A stretch of DNA of 64,000 nucleotides, taken from NCBI GenBank assembly GCA_963708435.1, contig CAVPSZ010000036.1:17884-81883 (forward strand), read 5' to 3'. Positions 39,016 through 47,666 of this stretch are shown here, piece by piece (position 1 is the first letter of the stretch; every line of letters starts with the position of its first letter). The position numbers and the translations under genes are program-made. This stretch comes from an uncultured Bacteroidales bacterium. GTDB taxonomy: Bacteria > Bacteroidota > Bacteroidia > Bacteroidales > JAADJA01. The notes under the pieces are model-generated. The model did not search any database, had not been told where the DNA came from, and saw nothing but the letters and a program-made list of their open reading frames with translations.

Positions 39016-41967
39016 CTATTTTTTAATAAACTTAAACTCGCTTGTCAGGGTATCAGTTGAAACTTTAAGAATATAAAAACCACCTGACAGTCTGGAGACA
39101 TCCATCAAAAGTTTTTCGGCTGTTTGAATGTTATTGAATTTAAAAGTCAGCTTTGTGTTGCCTGATATATCAATAATTTCAGCAATAATAGATTTAGAAG
39201 TGCTATGATTTATAATAAACAGGTTGTTGGTGACAGGTGTCGGGAAAATTCCGAAGTTGTCATTCGCTCCATTTGTAATTATTGCGCTGGGCTCTCCACC
39301 TACCACAATTTCCGAAAAGAAACCTGAAGCGTCCTGACTTTCATTAAAGGAATAATGACTCAGCTTGATTTTTCCATAATCCTGGAGGAGGTTGGAAGGA
39401 AGGGTAAATGAATATTCAAATTGACCGTTTATCACTTCCGATTGCATCTCCAGCATAATACTATCCTGCACTATAATATCAATTGGATAAGAATAGGGTT
39501 GATTGCCAAGAGTTGTTTTAATGTAGGGTCTTTCAAAGACTTTAATTAAAATTGTACCATTATAATTGCTTAGGAGATTTCCATCAAAATCAGTAGTATA
39601 ACCGGATACAGTTATTTGTTCTCCGGGTTGGATGGAATCCAGGGGAAGATTAATATTAATTCCATTGATAAATTCGGTAACTATTTTATTACCGGGAATA
39701 CTGATTTTTAGCGCCGGATCACCCAATAGAATGAAATTTCTTGTTGAAAGTTGTGCGGGAGGTTTTGAATAACGAGCAAAATCTCCAAGTCTTTTAGTTT
39801 CGATGTCAGGATCGAGAAAATAGTCCATTAATCTTTGATTAATAACAAAATTGTTTTGTGCATAAGCTAACCTTGATGAACTCAAAGTACCAATAACCCC
39901 GCCATTATTTTTTATTGCAGCTAATTCCCCACCTGAAATTATTTCCGGATTATCAAACCGACTGTATGCGCATGACGCTATTACTAAAACTGGTAAATTA
40001 TCCGCATTATTCCAGTTTTCAATGTCTGAATTTTCCAATACATGTTCTTGTCCCCAAACAGTATCTCCGCCATGACCGATATAATTTATAAGAAACACTC
40101 CATCTTCCATAAGCTGGCTGATTTTTTCCTCTACTTCAGGATACCTTGGTCCTTCCGGATTCTGGACAAGCTCATAAAAATCAAAATAAAGTTTGTCAAC
40201 ATTATAACCAGTAATTATTTTTGCTATGCTATCGGCTTGTTCTATATGAAGATTCCCGTCGCCATCATCAGCAATCAGGCAGATATCATTTTTCCAATTG
40301 CCGAAGGTGTTGTTATTTGTTGAGTAATGAATAATTTTTGAAACTGAATTCGACGCTTCATCTAAAGATTTTACAGGAAGCCTGCCTACTCCAATGTCAG
40401 GATCACCTATTCCATCATAACCTTCAGAATCATCCATATAGCTATAGTAATCTTCAATAACATAACTTGCAGCAGTAATTAATGATTCTTTGGTTTGAAA
40501 TGTGGGAATAAAGTTGGTGTTATTTTCTATCCTGTCTTTCGGATCGTATGAACCATCGCCAAAAAGAAGTAAATATTCAGGTTTTTCTCCTCCCGATTTA
40601 TCATACAGGTATTTAATAAAATCACGGATGGCAGTAACATCAGTTGAGCCTGAAGAAAATTCATTATAAATGATTTCAGGTGTAACCACAAAAGATGATA
40701 GCCCATCATTCGACTCATGAAATGTTGCGAGTTGCTGGGCCGGTTCAAGAAAATCCTCATGGGAAATTATTATATAATCCATTGGTTCCAAACCATGGAG
40801 GTTTTGATTTTCAACTTGCCCGATAAATTCAGGACTTTCGAATTCCATTCCTTTAAATACGATAAATTCCAACAGGCTATCAGTTGCAATCTTAAACTCG
40901 AATTGATCACCCATTACAATCCCGGAAATTCCGGAAACGTTAATTGGATCTGTTACATTCCATACCCATGTTGACGCATCAACCCCCGATATTTCAAAAA
41001 GGGATATTTCTCCTACCCCAACAGAGGCAATGCTTCTGAATCTTAATTGATTGCCGTTAAGATTAAGGTCATTCATATAATTCAATTCGAAATAGTCCAG
41101 CCAAGCCATTGCAGAGTCATTGGGTTGATTGTAAGAAAAATTTAAATTGAATGCATGATTATTCACATAAAATGAAACCGCATCCGTTTTTTTCTGGGCA
41201 TATTTTGTACTTGACGGATTAACGGCGGCAAGTACAACAGAAGATACTGTGTCACCATCAATACTAATCTCCATACTGCAGTTAACAAAGGAACGGTTAG
41301 CAAAAGATGATTTCAGGTGTACAGGAAAATCCGTTAATAAGTCCGGAAAATTGAGATCAAAATCGTAGGAAGTTGTTTCCAGAAATAATTCACCATACCA
41401 GCTTTTACCTGATTGGATTAGATTGTAGCTTTCTTCTTCATGTTCGAAATAATCATTGAACATCTGAATCGTTTGAGTAGGATTACCAGACGGTTCAGCC
41501 TGGTTAACTATCCTCTTTCCCTCTTCTGTACCGATCGTTATAAAATAATAGGTGTAATCTGAATAATAATTCACCTGGTGATCAAAATAGCCTGTTGATT
41601 CATTTAATTTCCATTCGGTCTGATTTTCGCCATAAAACAGAATGTAATCATCCGGATCGAAAACTTCATCATTTTCGCCATAGACAAAAATGGCATTTTC
41701 CTGGAGATCATCATAACGGAAAGCATCATTAGCTTCCGGCAACATTCCGTTCCCATTGCCATAAAGCCGGATGTATTTAGGATTAATCTGAACCGGATTG
41801 ATTCCGTAACTCAAAAGGTCGTTGTAAGTTATTTTGTAAATTCCGGTTTCTTGAAGTGCCAATTTGTACCAACTTCCGTCGGAAAGGACAGAGTTTTGAC
41901 TAGCTAAAACCCAGGGGGCAAGGGTCAATATTATTACAACCCAAATGATAATACCAAGTTTTTTCAT
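39016..41967 (-). CDS. PorU-like gingipain-family (C25) cysteine peptidase with a T9SS C-terminal domain, paralog 2
   Basis: 983 aa and collinear with paralog 1. The N-terminal ~150 aa are highly similar by eye to paralog 1. The catalytic contexts are NYIGHGGDT and LVIASCAYSRFD. The CTD is ...GGFYILKVSTDTLTSEFKFIKK. Confidence 0.75.
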   Translation of the reverse strand: MKKLGIIIWVVIILTLAPWVLASQNSVLSDGSWYKLALQETGIYKITYNDLLSYGINPVQINPKYIRLYGNGNGMLPEANDAFRYDDLQENAIFVYGENDEVFDPDDYILFYGENQTEWKLNESTGYFDHQVNYYSDYTYYFITIGTEEGKRIVNQAEPSGNPTQTIQMFNDYFEHEEESYNLIQSGKSWYGELFLETTSYDFDLNFPDLLTDFPVHLKSSFANRSFVNCSMEISIDGDTVSSVVLAAVNPSSTKYAQKKTDAVSFYVNNHAFNLNFSYNQPNDSAMAWLDYFELNYMNDLNLNGNQLRFRSIASVGVGEISLFEISGVDASTWVWNVTDPINVSGISGIVMGDQFEFKIATDSLLEFIVFKGMEFESPEFIGQVENQNLHGLEPMDYIIISHEDFLEPAQQLATFHESNDGLSSFVVTPEIIYNEFSSGSTDVTAIRDFIKYLYDKSGGEKPEYLLLFGDGSYDPKDRIENNTNFIPTFQTKESLITAASYVIEDYYSYMDDSEGYDGIGDPDIGVGRLPVKSLDEASNSVSKIIHYSTNNNTFGNWKNDICLIADDGDGNLHIEQADSIAKIITGYNVDKLYFDFYELVQNPEGPRYPEVEEKISQLMEDGVFLINYIGHGGDTVWGQEHVLENSDIENWNNADNLPVLVIASCAYSRFDNPEIISGGELAAIKNNGGVIGTLSSSRLAYAQNNFVINQRLMDYFLDPDIETKRLGDFARYSKPPAQLSTRNFILLGDPALKISIPGNKIVTEFINGININLPLDSIQPGEQITVSGYTTDFDGNLLSNYNGTILIKVFERPYIKTTLGNQPYSYPIDIIVQDSIMLEMQSEVINGQFEYSFTLPSNLLQDYGKIKLSHYSFNESQDASGFFSEIVVGGEPSAIITNGANDNFGIFPTPVTNNLFIINHSTSKSIIAEIIDISGNTKLTFKFNNIQTAEKLLMDVSRLSGGFYILKVSTDTLTSEFKFIKK

Positions 41968-42439
41968 GGATAGAATTTTTTTAATTTAACAATGTGTATC
42001 CTGAACTCTTAGTATAGCTTTGCTATAGGCGATATAAATTATAATTTGTTATATAGATGTTAAGAAATTAATATGGGTTGCGTTAGTAGAAATAATAGTT
42101 CGGTAATATTCTCTAATAACCAGATAATCAATACTTGATGTCTTCTGTGACTATCAGTCTTATCTGCGCGAAAATGAGATAATTAGCTTCCTAAGAATAC
42201 GCATATTTAGAGAAAACGAACCAAGCATTGCAAAAACAGAATGTTAATAATATTGATTTTGCCGGAACTTTAATTAGGATAAATTTGCAACCTTTTTCAA
42301 ATGCATATTAAAGGATACTGCTTCTTATTAAAAATGCGATGCATTTTTCTATTAGATTCAGTTATGCCGCTGGTTAAAGATCTGCATTTTTTGCAAACCC
42401 GTTCAGGTGCGGTATAAGTATTTACTCAATATACATCAG

Positions 42440-45400
42440 ATGACGAATGATTTTAAAATGCCCGATTATCTTTTTGAAGTTAGTTGGGAAGTATGTAATA
42501 AGGTAGGCGGAATATATACAGTTTTATCTTCAAAATATCTCTCGGTTTCAGAAGGATTTGGTGACCGGTACATATTTGTAGGGCCGGATGTTTGGAAGGA
42601 AACCATCGACAATCCTGATTTTGTCGAAGATAAATTGCTCTTTAGGAACTGGCGCGAAAGCGCTGAAAGGGATGGGTTACGGCTGCGTATCGGACGCTGG
42701 AATATCCCGGGTAAGCCGGTTGCAATACTCGTAGATTTCACGCCTTATTTTGTTCAGAAGGATAAGATTTTTGCAAAATTCTGGGAAACCTACAAACTGG
42801 ATTCCCTCTCCGGAGGGTGGGACTATGTTGAACCTGCATTGTTTGGATATGCAGCTGGTATTATTATCGAAAGTTTCTACAACTTCTTTTTATCTGCCAA
42901 TGATAAAATCATCAGTCATTTTCATGAATGGATGACAGGTTCCGGCATTTTATACTTAAAGGAAAATGTTCCTCAGATCGGGACCGTTTTCACTACTCAT
43001 GCTACGGTTCTTGGCAGGTCCATTTCAGGGAATCACCTGCCATTATACAGAGACCTTGAAAAATTTAATCCCAATGACTTCGCCAGAAACCTTGGCATTA
43101 CATCAAAATATTCCCTGGAATACAATGCAGCAAAAGAGGCTGATTGCTTTACAACCGTCAGCGACATTACAGCAAATGAATGCAAATACTTATTGCAAAA
43201 GTCGGTGGATGTGGTTACTCCAAATGGCTTTTCACAGGTTTTTCATCCCGGTAAGAGCGAATTTGAAGTTCAAAGGAAAACTTCCCGTAACCGGATTATT
43301 ACTGTGGCAGAAGCCTTATTGAATCAAAAACTGGAAGTTAATGCCCTGCTTGTATTAACTAGCGGAAGGTATGAATTCTTTAATAAGGGTATTGATATTT
43401 TTATTGATGCATTAGGAAAACTTAATAAAGATAAAAAGATCAAGCGGCAAATTATTGCACTTATCACTGTTCCGGGCAGTATTGCCGGTCCCAGAAAGGA
43501 CCTTCAGGATAGTATAGGCAGTGCCGACTTCAATCATCCTGTCTCTGGTGAATTTACCACTCATATTTTATACGACAAGATTCACGATCCTGTATTGAAC
43601 AGGGTCAGGGAAAATGACCTGACCAATGGTCCTGAAAGCAATGTTAAAATAATTTTTGTCCCGGTCTATCTCAATGGACAGGATGGAATCTTTAATCTCG
43701 ATTATTACCAGGTTTTAAACGGTTTTGATGTTACTGTTTTCCCTTCCTATTATGAACCCTGGGGGTATACACCTCTCGAAAGCATTGCCTTCAGAATTCC
43801 TACTCTTACCACTTCACTTGCAGGATTTGGCCTTTGGGTAAAAATGAATTGTGCTGTAAAACATCATGCTGTAGCAACCATCGAAAGAAATGATGACAAC
43901 TATCAGGAGGTGGTATCATCTGTAGTTAAAGAGATTGGATATTTAAGCCGCTCAACACCTGAACAATATGAGGCAGCGCGAAATGAGGCCTATGAAATTT
44001 CGCAGCTTCTGCACTGGAATAAGTTGTCTGAAAAATACTTCGAGGCTTATACGCTCACCAACAGTAAGGTTGAGCAGCGATCTGACCTGTTCCGGAGCAA
44101 GCAGTCATTTGAATACACACTTGCGGGGGAAGGAAAACTGGAGCGTCCCGACTGGAAAAAAATATTCGTGAAGGTTAAAGTTCCTGCAGAACTAGAACCC
44201 CTGCGGGAGTTATCCATGAATCTTTGGTGGTCATGGAACTATGAGGCCATTAAATTATTTAAGGGAATTGACGAAAAACTATGGGATGAAGTTGATCACA
44301 ACCCTGTAGCCATGCTTTACAGGCTCTCTTTTGGTAAGTTCCAGGAACTTAGGCTGGATAAAGTTTTTCTCGAAAACATGAAATCAGTTTATGATCATTT
44401 TCTAAAATATATTTCAAAAGCTAAAGACAAACCGGCACAAAAGGTAGCCTATTTTAGTATGGAGTTTGGTTTGCACGAATCTGTTAAAATCTATTCAGGA
44501 GGTTTGGGGATTCTTGCAGGCGATTACCTCAAGGAAGCAAGTGACTCCAACAAAAATATGATTGGCATAGGGCTTTTATACAGGTATGGGTATTTCAACC
44601 AGAAATTCTCTATCAATGGTGATCAGATAGCGGAAGCAAATCCTCAGAAATTTACAGAGATGCCGCTTATTCCGGTGAGAAATGAGAAGGGAGAGTGGAT
44701 AATGATCAACCTTGCCTTGCCGGGCAGGACACTTACGGCCAAGGTATGGAGAATTGACGTTGGCCGGATTCCACTCTATTTGCTGGATGCTGATATTGAA
44801 GAAAACAGTCCTGAGGACAGATCGGTTACCCATCAACTTTATGGAGGCGATTGGGAAAACAGATTCAGGCAGGAACTGTTACTTGGGGTTGGAGGAATAA
44901 GGTTCATAAAAGCAATTGGATTAGATCCTGACATTTACCATCTGAATGAAGGCCATGCTGCTTTTGCCTGCCTTGAACGATTAAGAAACCTGATTGAAGA
45001 AAATGTTGTCAATTATCAAACGGCTTTAGAGGTTGTAAGGGCAACAACACTATTTACAACACATACTCCTGTTCCAGCCGGGCATGATACGTTTAGTGAA
45101 GATATGCTCAGGACTTATGTTCCTCACTACGCCGACCGTGTAAATATTTCATGGGAGGAATTCATGAACCTGGGAAGATTCCATAAAGGAAATGCCCTTG
45201 AAAAGTTTTCGATGAGCGTTCTGGCTGCTAAGTTATCTCAGGAAATGAATGGAGTAAGCAGAATTCATGGCAGGGTAACCAGAGATATGTTCAAGGATTT
45301 ATATCCGGCATACTTCCCTGATGAACTCCATATCGGATATGTAACAAACGGAGTCCACCTTCCAACATGGGCATCGAGAAACTGGCAGAAATTCTTTGTC

Positions 45401-46681
45401 ACCAATCTTGGAAATGATATTTATAAGCAACAATCCAATCCTGAGGTCTGGCGCAAAATTCAAAATATACCTGACCAGGCTATCTGGCAGCAAAGACAGA
45501 AATCCAAAGCCTCGTTTATTAAAATGCTGAAGAAAAAAATCCAGATTGACCTTACAAAGCGGCAGGAAAATCCGAAAATTATTTTCAACACCCTCGAGCT
45601 CATTGATGAAAAGGCTTTATATATTGGCTTTGCAAGGCGATTTGCAACCTATAAGCGGGCACACCTGCTTTTTAATAACCTTGAAAAACTGGCTAGTTTG
45701 TTGAATGATGAGCAGAAACCTGTAAGGCTTGTCTTTTCAGGAAAAGCACACCCAAATGATAAACCCGGTCAGGACTTGATCAAAAGGGTAATTGAAATTT
45801 CCAAAATGCCTCAGTTCCTGGGTCGTATAATTTTTATTGAAAATTACGATATGCATGTTGCTCGTAAGCTGGTTTCTGGAGTTGATATTTGGTTAAACAC
45901 ACCAACCCGTCCTCTGGAAGCTTCAGGAACAAGCGGTGAAAAGGCGGTAATGAACGGAGTAATCAATTTGAGTGTTCTTGATGGCTGGTGGGCCGAAGGT
46001 TATAAGGAAAACGCCGGCTGGGCATTGCAGGAAGCCAGAACCTATGGAAACCAGGCCTTTCAGGATGAACTTGACGCAGAAACCATTTATTATCTTATCG
46101 AAGAAGAAATCATACCCATGTATTTTGATGTTGACAGTGATGGGGTTTCGCATAAGTGGATCTCACGCATAAAAAATACACTGTCGGAAATAGCTCCCCA
46201 TTTTACTATGACAAGGATGCTGGATGATTATTATAATAAATTCTATTCAAAGCTTTTTGATCGGGGCAAAGCAATCAGGGAAGACAATTTTGCTCTGGCC
46301 TACAAAATCAGAAACTGGAAGTTGCATGTCCAGGAAAAATGGAGCGGTGTCGAGGTAATTTCTGTCAGGATTCCAAACTCAAATTCCAAACCATTGAACC
46401 TTGGAGATGTGTTTAAAGTTGAAATAACCCTGAATAATAACGGCATTCATTCCGAAAATATCGGAATCGATATCGTAATTGGGCAGAAAGTAAATGATAA
46501 GGTTGAGAACATTTTTCATAAAGAAGAATTAAAACTGGTAAGCAATTCCGGTGTCAAAGCTATATACTCATGCTCTGTTACCCTTAAGGTTAGCGGTGTA
46601 TTTGATTTTGCTTTCAGGATTTATCCAAAAGCCGATTTTCTGCCTCATCGCCAGGACTTCGATCTTGTTAAGTGGGTATAA
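42440..46681 (+). CDS. Fusion of a eukaryote-type glycogen synthase (GT3) and an alpha-glucan phosphorylase (GT35)
   Basis: The N-terminus DYLFEVSWEVCNKVGGIYTVLSSK is the GT3 glycogen synthase signature. The C-terminal ~850 aa is alpha-glucan-family phosphorylase (GGLGILAGDYLKEASD, LNEGHAAF, EASGTSGEKAVMNG). I prefer the ATG at 42440 over the GTG at 42407. Confidence 0.85.
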   Translation: MTNDFKMPDYLFEVSWEVCNKVGGIYTVLSSKYLSVSEGFGDRYIFVGPDVWKETIDNPDFVEDKLLFRNWRESAERDGLRLRIGRWNIPGKPVAILVDFTPYFVQKDKIFAKFWETYKLDSLSGGWDYVEPALFGYAAGIIIESFYNFFLSANDKIISHFHEWMTGSGILYLKENVPQIGTVFTTHATVLGRSISGNHLPLYRDLEKFNPNDFARNLGITSKYSLEYNAAKEADCFTTVSDITANECKYLLQKSVDVVTPNGFSQVFHPGKSEFEVQRKTSRNRIITVAEALLNQKLEVNALLVLTSGRYEFFNKGIDIFIDALGKLNKDKKIKRQIIALITVPGSIAGPRKDLQDSIGSADFNHPVSGEFTTHILYDKIHDPVLNRVRENDLTNGPESNVKIIFVPVYLNGQDGIFNLDYYQVLNGFDVTVFPSYYEPWGYTPLESIAFRIPTLTTSLAGFGLWVKMNCAVKHHAVATIERNDDNYQEVVSSVVKEIGYLSRSTPEQYEAARNEAYEISQLLHWNKLSEKYFEAYTLTNSKVEQRSDLFRSKQSFEYTLAGEGKLERPDWKKIFVKVKVPAELEPLRELSMNLWWSWNYEAIKLFKGIDEKLWDEVDHNPVAMLYRLSFGKFQELRLDKVFLENMKSVYDHFLKYISKAKDKPAQKVAYFSMEFGLHESVKIYSGGLGILAGDYLKEASDSNKNMIGIGLLYRYGYFNQKFSINGDQIAEANPQKFTEMPLIPVRNEKGEWIMINLALPGRTLTAKVWRIDVGRIPLYLLDADIEENSPEDRSVTHQLYGGDWENRFRQELLLGVGGIRFIKAIGLDPDIYHLNEGHAAFACLERLRNLIEENVVNYQTALEVVRATTLFTTHTPVPAGHDTFSEDMLRTYVPHYADRVNISWEEFMNLGRFHKGNALEKFSMSVLAAKLSQEMNGVSRIHGRVTRDMFKDLYPAYFPDELHIGYVTNGVHLPTWASRNWQKFFVTNLGNDIYKQQSNPEVWRKIQNIPDQAIWQQRQKSKASFIKMLKKKIQIDLTKRQENPKIIFNTLELIDEKALYIGFARRFATYKRAHLLFNNLEKLASLLNDEQKPVRLVFSGKAHPNDKPGQDLIKRVIEISKMPQFLGRIIFIENYDMHVARKLVSGVDIWLNTPTRPLEASGTSGEKAVMNGVINLSVLDGWWAEGYKENAGWALQEARTYGNQAFQDELDAETIYYLIEEEIIPMYFDVDSDGVSHKWISRIKNTLSEIAPHFTMTRMLDDYYNKFYSKLFDRGKAIREDNFALAYKIRNWKLHVQEKWSGVEVISVRIPNSNSKPLNLGDVFKVEITLNNNGIHSENIGIDIVIGQKVNDKVENIFHKEELKLVSNSGVKAIYSCSVTLKVSGVFDFAFRIYPKADFLPHRQDFDLVKWV

Positions 46682-46849
46682 AAACAATTTTTGGCCTTAT
46701 TTGTATATATTTTTCCTGAAGTGATAATTTCACAAAGAAATTAATATTCCAATTACGTCTGTAGTTGCAACCCATTGTATTTCAAAATTTGTCTGATGGG
46801 TATCAATGAAATAATTATTTTTGTCGTAACATTTAAAAAGAGATTTCAC

Positions 46850-47470
46850 ATGAAAAAAGTCATTATCGCTTCCTTTGTAGTTTTCATAGCACTTGCATCA
46901 GGTTTTAGTTATGCGGGTTCACCATTAATTCAAACCAGCTTTTATTCTGCTTATTACATGAATGAAAAAGTTCAGCTGGCCGAACAACTTGAATTTCTTG
47001 ATGGTGGGTTAGCCGCTTATATTGCTGATAACAATGTAGCAATTGGTGAGAAACTTGCAGTGATCAATGCCCTGCAATGGAATGAAAAGGGAAAAAACAA
47101 TGTTGAAACTTTCAAAATGTTCCTCGGGAGAAAATATGGTAAAGGTTATGAAAACTTGAATCTTGACGAAATGAACGGCAATGACCTGTTGTGTCTCGGA
47201 TACATGATTTCGCTTGACAAACAGCGGAAAATTGCTGAAGCGTTGCCCATTCTCGAAAAAGCAAAAGCCAAAAACGTGACCAGTTATAGCGCTCAATTGA
47301 TTTTCACGCTGGCAACTGCACAAACGCTGATCAACAGTTCAAAAAGCTGCGATGCATGGAAGGCATGCGATGGTGTTCGCAATAATACCACGCTTGTACA
47401 GGATTTTAGTCCGGAAGCAATAGCCATTATTTTTGAGCAAGTTGATACTTATAGAGATAACTGCAAGTAA
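46850..47470 (+). CDS. Hypothetical secreted protein
   Basis: It has a signal peptide (MKKVIIASFVVFIALASGFSYA), is mainly helical and has paired Cys near the C-terminus. I recognise no family. Confidence 0.4.
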   Translation: MKKVIIASFVVFIALASGFSYAGSPLIQTSFYSAYYMNEKVQLAEQLEFLDGGLAAYIADNNVAIGEKLAVINALQWNEKGKNNVETFKMFLGRKYGKGYENLNLDEMNGNDLLCLGYMISLDKQRKIAEALPILEKAKAKNVTSYSAQLIFTLATAQTLINSSKSCDAWKACDGVRNNTTLVQDFSPEAIAIIFEQVDTYRDNCK

Positions 47471-47666
47471 ATTCCTGGTCATTATAAAAAAGTTTTTAGT
47501 GTTCAAAGCCGAACATGGACTGTTCGTAATTTCGGCAGTTTTAATTTGGCAAGCCAATGATTTTCAGATTATTCTGTTCATAATAAACCCGGTAGATTCA
47601 CTGGCACAGATTTGGTGAATCTGTGCAACTATTCAAAAAAATAAATAACAATAAATAAACATTACA

